Virus record (IMG/VR): IMGVR_UViG_3300001102_000009
Location: 1 to 48,100 of that record
DNA length: 48,100 nucleotides
Direction: 5' to 3' (one strand)
Source: a virus
The notes under the pieces are model-generated. The model made no database searches. It had not been told where the DNA came from and saw only the letters and a list, made by a program, of their open reading frames with translations. How positions within the stretch are numbered: position 1 is the stretch's first letter; the number at the start of each line of letters is the position of its first letter. This document shows, piece by piece, positions 15,610 to 22,733 of this stretch. The position numbers and the translations under genes are program-made.

Positions 15610-15638
15610 TTGACTTATTGGTCGTAATATGATAAGCT
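15610..15638 (+). promoter_or_regulatory. Promoter, aatcatacTTGACTt-N17-TAAGCT (family 2), driving the small-ORF and tRNA operon
   Basis: The -35 is at 15610-15615 and the -10 at 15633-15638. Confidence 0.5.
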
Positions 15639-15726
15639 TAATGTTAGTTGTTCTTAACGGGGATGGGTTGATCGACCGCTGAGGTAACGCTCGGGTTCCC
15701 GACCATATACAGAAGGAGGTGATAAG

Positions 15727-15861
15727 ATGAAACGTCTAACTAGAGGTCAACTTCTTATTCGTAAGAAGAGACGCTGGGCTAATCGGCCCGCTAAGATGTG
15801 GTGGCGAGTCCGCTGCAAACAGGAAGTCTACTTACATAACATAAGGAGTGCTGGACTATGA
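15727..15861 (+). CDS. Hypothetical highly basic 44-aa peptide
   Basis: It has a strong SD (aaggaggtgataagATG) and reads MKRLTRGQLLIRKKRRWANRPAKMWWRVRCKQEVYLHNIRSAGL. Its stop overlaps the next ATG. Confidence 0.4.
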   Translation: MKRLTRGQLLIRKKRRWANRPAKMWWRVRCKQEVYLHNIRSAGL

Positions 15862-16043
15862 ACGCAATTGAGTGTTCTTGGTGTGGAGAGATCCGCTGCC
15901 GAGATGACGTTCGTTTCGTAGACGATAAACCAATCTGCAATGGAGGAGATTGTCATGCAGAGTATCTTGAATCAACGCGCCCAGGTATCAACACTGATCG
16001 TGCTCAGCTCATGGCTTTTGGCCAGCGGGCCAGCACACGCTGA
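15858..16043 (+). CDS. Hypothetical Cys-rich (zinc-ribbon-like) 61-aa protein
   Basis: The SD is taaggag-N9-ATG. The Cys pattern is CSWCGEIRC...CNGGDCH. Confidence 0.4.
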   Translation: MNAIECSWCGEIRCRDDVRFVDDKPICNGGDCHAEYLESTRPGINTDRAQLMAFGQRASTR

Positions 16044-16305
16044 CGAGTTCGACGTGAACATGGGACCTGGTGCAATGATCTGCGATAAAGCAGAAAGTGT
16101 CGTGCTTACCATGAATGGTGAGCAACAAGCTGACTGTGGCATCTTGACCACTTCGACCGGTATGCCGGTGACAGTTACGATAATCGGAGAGCTACACGGT
16201 AAACCGTTGGCGCGATTCGACTTCCACAACCCCACACCGTGGGGCAACCAAATCCAATATGGTTGGTGGGCTGGAACAATCCCAGCATCAGGCGTCGAAG
16301 CATAA
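15955..16305 (+). CDS. Hypothetical secreted protein (signal peptide ending AHA)
   Basis: The SD is tggaggag-N6-ATG. The N-terminus is MQSILNQRAQVSTLIVLSSWLLASGPAHA followed by DE. It overlaps the previous ORF by 89 nt in another frame. Confidence 0.5.
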   Translation: MQSILNQRAQVSTLIVLSSWLLASGPAHADEFDVNMGPGAMICDKAESVVLTMNGEQQADCGILTTSTGMPVTVTIIGELHGKPLARFDFHNPTPWGNQIQYGWWAGTIPASGVEA

Positions 16306-16337
16306 CAACAAGGGGGAGATGGAACTCCCCCAACTAC

Positions 16338-16410
16338 ACATCCTTAGCTCAGTTGGTAGAGCACTCCCCTGATACGGGAGGGGTCCTGGGTTCAAGTCCT
16401 AGAGGGTGTA
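16338..16410 (+). tRNA. tRNA-Ile: tRNA-Ile (anticodon GAT)
   Basis: Hand-folded as acatcct ta gctc agttggta gagc a ctccc ctGATac gggag gggtc ctggg ttcaagt cctag agggtgt a. Confidence 0.85.
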
Positions 16411-16411
16411 C

Positions 16412-16482
16412 GGGCTATTAGTTAAATGGTAGAATATCCCCCTTGCACGGGGAAGATACGGGTTCGACTCCTGTATGGTCCA
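16412..16482 (+). tRNA. tRNA-Ala: tRNA-Ala (anticodon TGC), with G3:U70 present and a weak D-stem
   Basis: Hand-folded as gggctat ta gtta aatggta gaat a tcccc ctTGCac gggga agat acggg ttcgact cctgt atggtcc a. The third acceptor pair is G:T. Confidence 0.7.
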
Positions 16483-16581
16483 CATAGGTAAGTTGAAAGC
16501 CGTAAAAGCCAGCCAAGAAATTGGAAGTTCTAGACGAGAAATTGGCACGGTGGGGCGAAAGCCCTGTTCAACTAACCCTAT

Positions 16582-16654
16582 TTCACAGTAGCTCAGTTGG
16601 TAGAGCGCCTCGCTGTTAACGAGGATGTCCCAGGTTCGAGTCCTGGCTGTGGAG
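16582..16654 (+). tRNA. tRNA-Asn: tRNA-Asn (anticodon GTT)
   Basis: Hand-folded as ttcacag ta gctc agttggta gagc g cctcg ctGTTaa cgagg atgtc ccagg ttcgagt cctgg ctgtgga g. Confidence 0.85.
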
Positions 16655-16749
16655 CACGATCGGTGCGGGTCGCCAGACCCTCTCGGCAATGAAGCTGGGA
16701 GCCGAGAGTATAGTTTTGTGCCGCTGTTTCTATTCAAAAAACAGGTTCA

Positions 16750-16820
16750 GTCTAATTAGCACAAAGGTAATGCGCTCGGTTGAAACCCGAGAGAAGGGAG
16801 TTCAATACTCTCATTAGACA
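16750..16820 (+). tRNA. tRNA-Phe: tRNA-Phe (anticodon GAA)
   Basis: Hand-folded as gtctaat ta gca caaaggtaa tgc g ctcgg ttGAAac ccgag agaa gggag ttcaata ctctc attagac a. Confidence 0.75.
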
Positions 16821-16824
16821 CCAC

Positions 16825-16895
16825 GTGGGTGTGGACCAATGGTAGGTCGCCAGCCTCATAAGCTGGAGTAAGAGGTTCGATTCCTTTCACCCACA
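16825..16895 (+). tRNA. tRNA-Met: tRNA with anticodon CAT (elongator Met or Ile2; not initiator-like)
   Basis: Hand-folded as gtgggtg tg gacc aatggta ggtc g ccagc ctCATaa gctgg agta agagg ttcgatt ccttt cacccac a. Positions 1:72 are paired and the anticodon stem has no GGG/CCC. Confidence 0.8.
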
Positions 16896-16958
16896 CAAAC
16901 ACAGCCGCCAGGTTTGAATTACCCTAGCGATGTGCGATTAACAATTAGTTACATATAT

Positions 16959-17063
16959 ATGACAAAACGAATTAAGATGCACGAGCCAGCTCGAATGATG
17001 AAGAGCAAGCTCAAGGGCACAGACTCAACTGCAAAACTAGTAATGGCTAAGGGCCGAAAATAG
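16959..17063 (+). CDS. Possible 34-aa basic micro-ORF
   Basis: It reads MTKRIKMHEPARMMKSKLKGTDSTAKLVMAKGRK, with no SD. Confidence 0.2.
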   Translation: MTKRIKMHEPARMMKSKLKGTDSTAKLVMAKGRK

Positions 17064-17064
17064 T

Positions 17065-17154
17065 ATGACAGAAGACGGAAAAATTGAAGTAGAACTAGCA
17101 GACGAAGACGCAGTAGCAGTAGAAGAACCTACTTGTTTGGCCTGTGAGGGTTAG
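17065..17154 (+). CDS. Possible 29-aa acidic micro-ORF ending CLACEG
   Basis: It reads MTEDGKIEVELADEDAVAVEEPTCLACEG and starts 1 nt after the previous stop. Confidence 0.2.
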   Translation: MTEDGKIEVELADEDAVAVEEPTCLACEG

Positions 17155-17180
17155 TTAACTCGAATACATAAAATAAAAAA

Positions 17181-17209
17181 GTCAAGTGTAAAAACACTTG
17201 TCTTTTTTT
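17181..17209 (+). terminator. Rho-independent terminator closing the tRNA operon (A-tract upstream, T7 tract downstream)
   Basis: The hairpin is gtcaagtgt-aaaa-acacttgtc followed by ttttttt. It overlaps the -35 of the next promoter. Confidence 0.6.
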
Positions 17210-17226
17210 ATTGTCTATGATAGTAT
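17198..17226 (+). promoter_or_regulatory. Promoter, cacTTGTCT-N17-TAGTAT
   Basis: The -35 is at 17198-17203 and the -10 at 17221-17226. Confidence 0.45.
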
Positions 17227-17257
17227 GTGTGAGTTATAAATAAAACAAACAAATAAC

Positions 17258-17455
17258 ATGACAAAAAAGATTGCAGAAGTTAAGGAGGTGATGCCAGGTG
17301 TAGAAGTTAGCCCAGAACTTTATCAACGACTACAGGATAAGCACGCAGCAAAGAACGAGGACAAGATCTTGGAATGTCTGGAGAAGATTACTTATCACCA
17401 GGGAATGATCGAGAGCTTGAAGAAGGAGGTTAATGGGTACAGCAAGATCGCATAA
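17258..17455 (+). CDS. Hypothetical protein
   Basis: 65-aa ORF. Confidence 0.5.
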   Translation: MTKKIAEVKEVMPGVEVSPELYQRLQDKHAAKNEDKILECLEKITYHQGMIESLKKEVNGYSKIA

Positions 17456-17793
17456 TGAATGGTGTTTACTTACCAGGGAGGGGGTATGCGATAAATCTGG
17501 GTGATGCAAGTTTCAAGCCATTCTCCTCTGGCAAACTTACTTACGACATATTCCAGGATGTAATAGTATTCCCTGTTGGCTACAATTCTACAACAAAAGT
17601 AGTTTCAGCCCTGTGTTCAATTGAGTGGAGTGAGGAGGACCAGAGCACAAGGTTAGAGAACGATCCATATGGCTATGATAATACGGTTAAGTTTAACTTA
17701 TTAACTGAAACCGAATATCATACAAGACATCTAGCTTCGATCATTGAGTTCGACCAAGATGTATTTATTGAAAACGCAAAACTAATAGAATGA
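17455..17793 (+). CDS. Hypothetical protein
   Basis: 112-aa ORF with an ATGA-type start/stop overlap with its neighbours. Confidence 0.55.
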   Translation: MNGVYLPGRGYAINLGDASFKPFSSGKLTYDIFQDVIVFPVGYNSTTKVVSALCSIEWSEEDQSTRLENDPYGYDNTVKFNLLTETEYHTRHLASIIEFDQDVFIENAKLIE

Positions 17794-17885
17794 ACAAAAT
17801 CAAACAACTACTAAAAGACTTGATGGAGGCGATCAACAACTTATTAAATGGAGGAAGTAAACAAATAGCTTATGCGAACAGTTAA
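17790..17885 (+). CDS. Possible 31-aa ORF
   Basis: It has an ATGA overlap with the previous stop and reads MNKIKQLLKDLMEAINNLLNGGSKQIAYANS. Confidence 0.25.
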   Translation: MNKIKQLLKDLMEAINNLLNGGSKQIAYANS

Positions 17886-17895
17886 ATTTTTTGCA

Positions 17896-18036
17896 ATGAT
17901 TGATGGACGTGCAGTAATGGAGACACAGGCTTACCCACTTGCGGAAGCCCTCGAAGATGAGTTCATGGACATCAGTAACAACCTTTCTAGCCGACTCATG
18001 GAATCAGATGTAATGGAGCCACTAGACATAGAGTAA
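17896..18036 (+). CDS. Possible 46-aa acidic ORF
   Basis: It reads MIDGRAVMETQAYPLAEALEDEFMDISNNLSSRLMESDVMEPLDIE and fills the gap before 18041. Confidence 0.3.
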   Translation: MIDGRAVMETQAYPLAEALEDEFMDISNNLSSRLMESDVMEPLDIE

Positions 18037-18040
18037 TTAT

Positions 18041-18364
18041 ATGTACCACAAAATTTACATCGGCAATCGCCACGTAGTAGAGCCGGATGCAAAAGGTCGT
18101 ACATTTGGTAGGGATAAAAAGACGGCGGTTTATTATCGTGCCAAAAACGCGAGAAACTACGCACAGATTGACATTACGGAGGTTTATGACCGCCGCATTA
18201 TCAAGAAGCGCTTCAACAACAACGATTACCACATAGTTGGTTTGTTGCAGCAGAATACCGGACTACCAGATCAGAAACTTATAAAGGAGATTGAATACGA
18301 CGATGTGCCAAAATGTTGCCATCCTGTGTTTGATTTGTTGGAGGATTATTGGAATGATAGGTAA
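18041..18364 (+). CDS. Hypothetical protein
   Basis: 107-aa ORF. Confidence 0.55.
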   Translation: MYHKIYIGNRHVVEPDAKGRTFGRDKKTAVYYRAKNARNYAQIDITEVYDRRIIKKRFNNNDYHIVGLLQQNTGLPDQKLIKEIEYDDVPKCCHPVFDLLEDYWNDR

Positions 18365-18370
18365 ATAATA

Positions 18371-18907
18371 ATGGAAGCAACAATATCAAAAACCAACATA
18401 AACAAATACGAAGTTGACCACCACACAGCAGGTCTATACTTCTATGCACTACAGGCGCTACATGATGGTCGTGATATTGGTGAACATTCTATTGACAAGC
18501 TAACAAAGGCGGGACTATACAGTAATGGAAAGCTAAGGGTGTTCAATTATAAGCGGCCCAAGAGTGGTTATTCAGTATCTCCCGAGGTAAAGAATCTATT
18601 CATGCTTTGGGGGAAGAAGGAGTTGGCGGCAGCTACCTGGTACAAGAACAAGACGTTTGTGGAAGCTATGCAGATATTGGTTGATGCTCACGGACTGTCG
18701 AGGATGCAGAACACAATACATATACTTGTGCCGCTGGGAAACAAACATACATATATAAGTACGATTAGAAACCCACAACAGTTGCTTGCCAACTATGGAG
18801 AAGAGTATAAGGACCGGTTCACCAGTGAGGGTGTACTAAAGGAAAATCAAAACTTTATCAACACACGTAAGCGAGAACTTCAACTATGGAACGACCAAAG
18901 AACATAG
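18371..18907 (+). CDS. Hypothetical protein (position suggests a helicase loader or initiator; no motif recognised)
   Basis: 178-aa ORF overlapping the DnaB start by 22 nt. Confidence 0.55.
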   Translation: MEATISKTNINKYEVDHHTAGLYFYALQALHDGRDIGEHSIDKLTKAGLYSNGKLRVFNYKRPKSGYSVSPEVKNLFMLWGKKELAAATWYKNKTFVEAMQILVDAHGLSRMQNTIHILVPLGNKHTYISTIRNPQQLLANYGEEYKDRFTSEGVLKENQNFINTRKRELQLWNDQRT

Positions 18908-20268
18908 AGGCAGAACGCGCCCTCCTGGGTTCGATCATCCTCAGGCCAGACGTAATGTATGACATCTCTACACGTGTGTCGCCAGAAAGTTTCTTCACGC
19001 CTGGTCATAGGACAATATATGAGGCCCTGTCTGACACATTCAGTGCCGGTAATCCAATTGATATTGTTTCACTGACAACAAAGTTAAATGAATCAAATAG
19101 CCTAATGTCGGTTGGTGGCGCTTCGTATGTTACAGAATTAATTGAGACTGTGCCAGCAATGGGTAACGCATCGTATTATGCAGACCAGGTGATCGACAAG
19201 TATACACGCCGTAACATGATGGATGTGGCGGATAAGTTGCGGACAGGTGCGCTAGATGAAACTGTTGACACTTCTGTGGGTACTGCTGATGTGATTAGCA
19301 TCCTGACAAACCAAATGGGTTCGAGTAACATTGACCCGAGCGCAGACGCAGCCATTGATTCACTTAGGGACCAGATCAAGCAATTCAAGTTGAGAGAGGG
19401 GAAATACCTTGGACATGAGTCTGATATTGGTGCCCTTGATAAAAAGCTGGACGGTATCCGAAACGGACACTTTGGTGTCCTCACAGGATATACATCCTCA
19501 GGTAAGACAGCATTTGCACTTAACATCGCATGTGCATTTATCAAGAGGGGAAAGAAAGTTGTTTTCTTCTCACTAGAAATGAGTCCCGCACAACTGGTGT
19601 CACGCATGGCGGGGATCATAGCTGAGGTTGAGATATGGAAGATCTCCAAGGGGATGATGAACCCTTACGAAAGTGAGCGTGTTGCGGGGGCTATGAAGAT
19701 GATTAAAGATAGTGGGATGACCATATATGAAAATCCATCTATACAGTCGATTGAGATGACACTGCTTAAGGAGTCGGCAGACAAACGAACTTCTTTGTTT
19801 ATCTTGGATTACCTTGGTCTCGTACAATCAAACATGAAGAGTGACTATGAGGGATTGAAACACGTGGCACAGAAGTTCCAGAGCATCATGAAGTCATTCA
19901 ACATCCACCTACTCGCACTTTCACAGATTAACGACGCACAGATTAAGGATGACAACCCGTTTGTAATCTCAACCAAGGGTAGTGGTGACATCGGTGCATC
20001 AGCTGACTACGTGTTGCGTCTAAAGAACCGAGAGGCTGACTTAGATATCATCAATGGACTAAAGGAGTCTGGCATACCTCTACCTATTCAGCTGTACATT
20101 CAGAAGAACCGGCATGGGCCAACCGGTGTCATTAACCTGTACTTCAAAACAGAAACAAATCAGTTCTTAGATGAGAAGGCATACGACCCCAAGGTGTTTG
20201 AGAAGAGGTGGGAGATAGTTAGAGCTGCAAACAGGAGTCTACAGGAAGAGCTTGACAATGACTTTTAG
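18886..20268 (+). CDS. dnaB: DnaB-family replicative DNA helicase
   Basis: The N-terminal signature IEAERALLGSIILRPDVMYDI, the Walker A motif GYTSSGKTAFALNIA and the RecA-like C-terminal half (ILDYLGLV, ALSQINDAQ) are all present. Confidence 0.9.
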   Translation: MERPKNIEAERALLGSIILRPDVMYDISTRVSPESFFTPGHRTIYEALSDTFSAGNPIDIVSLTTKLNESNSLMSVGGASYVTELIETVPAMGNASYYADQVIDKYTRRNMMDVADKLRTGALDETVDTSVGTADVISILTNQMGSSNIDPSADAAIDSLRDQIKQFKLREGKYLGHESDIGALDKKLDGIRNGHFGVLTGYTSSGKTAFALNIACAFIKRGKKVVFFSLEMSPAQLVSRMAGIIAEVEIWKISKGMMNPYESERVAGAMKMIKDSGMTIYENPSIQSIEMTLLKESADKRTSLFILDYLGLVQSNMKSDYEGLKHVAQKFQSIMKSFNIHLLALSQINDAQIKDDNPFVISTKGSGDIGASADYVLRLKNREADLDIINGLKESGIPLPIQLYIQKNRHGPTGVINLYFKTETNQFLDEKAYDPKVFEKRWEIVRAANRSLQEELDNDF

Positions 20269-20291
20269 TTGTGTTTGAGTTTCAATCCCAC

Positions 20292-20320
20292 TTGCATTGC
20301 AATCCTTGATAGTGTATAGT
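20292..20320 (+). promoter_or_regulatory. Promoter, aatcccacTTGCAT-N17-TATAGT (family 3)
   Basis: The -35 is at 20292-20297 and the -10 at 20315-20320. Confidence 0.5.
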
Positions 20321-20361
20321 ATGGGGGTAGATAAATTATTAAAAAATAACTACACATATAT

Positions 20362-21057
20362 ATGGCAAAACTAAATGCGGCACGTGAGTCAAGAATTTTT
20401 TTGACAATCGGCCAAAATGGTCTTGGTAAAGTTTCACTTCGCCAAGATGTTGACGCAGGAACCATTGGAGCTGTCGCCCGTGACTGGGAGGTGAATGGTG
20501 ACAAGGGAACCAAACATGAAATCTTGCACGATTCAATTGAAGGTAAAATCACTGGAATTGAAATCAAGCAAGAGGAAGTGAAGGGGTATGGAGACAAGAT
20601 CGTTCTTACGTTCGATAATGAAGTCTCGGTATCAACATCAACGGCAGGTAAGTTCGGCTCATCAATCATGCGCCAACTACCGGGGGTTGATCTTAATCGT
20701 GAGGTTAAACTTTTCCCATATTCATACACTCCAAAAGGGAAGACCAAGGAATCAACCGGCGTCTCTCTAAAGCAGGGTGAAGAATTTGACGAGAAGATCA
20801 GCGACCACTTCTATGACTTTGAAAATAAGAAGTCGCAGAACGGAATCCCTGAGTCAGACTTTGACTGGGCAACCGTTGAAGAGTGGGAGTCTAAGAAGTT
20901 CTGGGCAGATGTAGATAAGTTCCTACAAAACTACACAATTGAAAATGTTATTCCAAACATTCCAGAGTTTGTGGCAGGGGAAGTTGTGGGTGATCCAGAA
21001 GCAGAGGCCAAGGAAGAGGGCGAGGAGAAAATTAATCCAGAAGATATTCCATTCTAA
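20362..21057 (+). CDS. ssb: Single-stranded DNA-binding protein (T7 gp2.5-like size and architecture, acidic tail ending DIPF)
   Basis: 231 aa. The C-terminus GDPEAEAKEEGEEKINPEDIPF mimics the bacterial SSB tip DDDIPF. It sits in the replication module. Confidence 0.55.
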   Translation: MAKLNAARESRIFLTIGQNGLGKVSLRQDVDAGTIGAVARDWEVNGDKGTKHEILHDSIEGKITGIEIKQEEVKGYGDKIVLTFDNEVSVSTSTAGKFGSSIMRQLPGVDLNREVKLFPYSYTPKGKTKESTGVSLKQGEEFDEKISDHFYDFENKKSQNGIPESDFDWATVEEWESKKFWADVDKFLQNYTIENVIPNIPEFVAGEVVGDPEAEAKEEGEEKINPEDIPF

Positions 21058-21059
21058 TT

Positions 21060-21287
21060 ATGTTCAATCAAAAAGTAACAACACAAGTGACAACAAAGCG
21101 GGCAAACATCCTGAGCATGTTTACCAAAACGCTTGAGGACTTGAAGGCTCTAAATGTAATGGCTCTCGGTCAGATCGAGGTAGAGCAGAAAACAGTCGCA
21201 GATGCAAACGCAGAGATTGTAGAATTGGAAGAAGTTGTAGCATCAAACAACAAAACAATCGAACAGATTGATAAATTCCTGGCTTAG
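21060..21287 (+). CDS. Hypothetical coiled-coil protein
   Basis: 75-aa ORF. Confidence 0.5.
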   Translation: MFNQKVTTQVTTKRANILSMFTKTLEDLKALNVMALGQIEVEQKTVADANAEIVELEEVVASNNKTIEQIDKFLA

Positions 21288-21288
21288 T

Positions 21289-22236
21289 ATGGCAAAAGCT
21301 TCGGATATAAAAGGAGCTTCTACCAACAAGTTCGACTACAACAAAGAGACAGACACAATTGTAACATCGTTTACAGAACCAGACTTGTTTATTTACTCAA
21401 GGCCAGGTTTTCATTCAAACATCCTAAACGGTAAGTTTGTAAGGGGTGGATCTTCATTTAAGAAACACTTCACACCACCGTTTGATATGGAGGCAAGAGC
21501 ATTTGGGTTAGCAAAGCACTGGGGAATTACCGGTGACGAAATCATGAGACTGTGGAAGGCCAAGGGCAAGTCAACAACTGAGTTCGGAACTGGGTTCCAC
21601 CGTATCTTGGAGTTAGATAGTCTAAATGAGGAATGGAGTGCTGACTTGGTGATTGAACCAATGAAGCTTACTCGCAAAAATTACATGGCATTGTTAGATC
21701 TTGGTGAACAGGTGATGAACAATAGTAAATCAGCTACTGAGAATTACGCAAGGCCAACACACAAAGATATCTGTGCGCTTATGAAGGCACAGCCAGAGGA
21801 AATCCGCGAACATGCAGAGAGGGTGGTTGAAGAATTTCACCACCTTAATCGAAAAATAGGTTACGCAACCTACGAAGTCATCCCAGAAGTCTATGTAACA
21901 TGCGAGAAGTATGGAATGGGCGGGGAGATTGACCGACTTATCTTAATTGATAAGGAAAAAAAGATCTGTCGTATTGGTGACTACAAGTTTAAGGATAAAG
22001 ACCTTGACGAAAAGTCATCAAACAATAAGATGCTCAACGAGTTAGAAGCAGCCAAAGCAAGTGAAAACGACATCATTAGAATACAGTTATCATTCTATGC
22101 GTATTGCTTGGAGGCAGCTGGTTGGACAGTAGATGGGGGAGATGTGTTTGGTAGGAACGGTGAGTGGACTCACTATCCTATTGATTTGATTCCATTCGAT
22201 GAAATGGATCAGTTATTACAAAAGTATTTAAACTAA
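21289..22236 (+). CDS. PD-(D/E)xK (RecB/Cas4-like) nuclease, probable recombination exonuclease
   Basis: The motif GGEIDRLILID...ICRIGDYKFK fits G.iDrl...(D/E)xK. The start was set to the ATG at 21289, just after the previous stop. Confidence 0.5.
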   Translation: MAKASDIKGASTNKFDYNKETDTIVTSFTEPDLFIYSRPGFHSNILNGKFVRGGSSFKKHFTPPFDMEARAFGLAKHWGITGDEIMRLWKAKGKSTTEFGTGFHRILELDSLNEEWSADLVIEPMKLTRKNYMALLDLGEQVMNNSKSATENYARPTHKDICALMKAQPEEIREHAERVVEEFHHLNRKIGYATYEVIPEVYVTCEKYGMGGEIDRLILIDKEKKICRIGDYKFKDKDLDEKSSNNKMLNELEAAKASENDIIRIQLSFYAYCLEAAGWTVDGGDVFGRNGEWTHYPIDLIPFDEMDQLLQKYLN

Positions 22237-22242
22237 TTAATT

Positions 22243-22641
22243 ATGACAATTGCAATTATCGCCATTGTGGCACTACTTGTGTTACTAGGTTTCTCAATGA
22301 ACGCAACCCGCACTCGCGATGCAGAAATTCAACGACTGAACAATATGCTGGAAGATGAGGTTATGTTTGGGGAATCAACCAGCGACCGGCTGGCAGATAC
22401 CCAAGAGGCTTTGCGAGCACAACGTGAACATTCTGAACGATGGTTCAATGAATCAATGGGGGTGTCAAATCTTTTGAACCTAACAGTTGATTCTATTCCA
22501 GTTTCTATGTTCAAAACTTTGAACAAAAAGTTGGCTAAGGGAGGTTACGAACTAACTCGTTACCGAAACGAAGAAGGGAAAATGGACACACGTCTTGCTC
22601 CTATCCCGGTGGAAGAAGAGGTGGTCGACGACGAGGCGTAG
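22243..22641 (+). CDS. Hypothetical membrane-anchored protein
   Basis: 132 aa, with the N-terminal TM segment MTIAIIAIVALLVLLGF. Confidence 0.55.
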   Translation: MTIAIIAIVALLVLLGFSMNATRTRDAEIQRLNNMLEDEVMFGESTSDRLADTQEALRAQREHSERWFNESMGVSNLLNLTVDSIPVSMFKTLNKKLAKGGYELTRYRNEEGKMDTRLAPIPVEEEVVDDEA

Positions 22642-22733
22642 TCACAGCACTAAACTTACTTACCCTTTGTGGGTAGGTAATAGTGGGGGAGTAGTTTTCT
22701 CCACTATTACTTGCCCACAAATAACATTACTTT

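Noticed and set aside
15645-15726. Possible riboswitch in the leader of the SD-rich island
   Set aside because: I could not match it to any riboswitch consensus I know (preQ1, SAM-II, fluoride, ZTP, guanidine). It is kept only as a note within the island finding.
16399-16737. Minus-strand 112-aa ORF and the plus-strand ORF 16239..16421 across the tRNA array
   Set aside because: They overlap four well-folding tRNAs, so the open frames are incidental.
20265-20747. Minus-strand 160-aa ORF opposite the SSB gene and its promoter
   Set aside because: It is antisense to a motif-bearing plus-strand gene within a purely plus-strand operon. Its translation is Ser/Pro/Ile-rich with no features.
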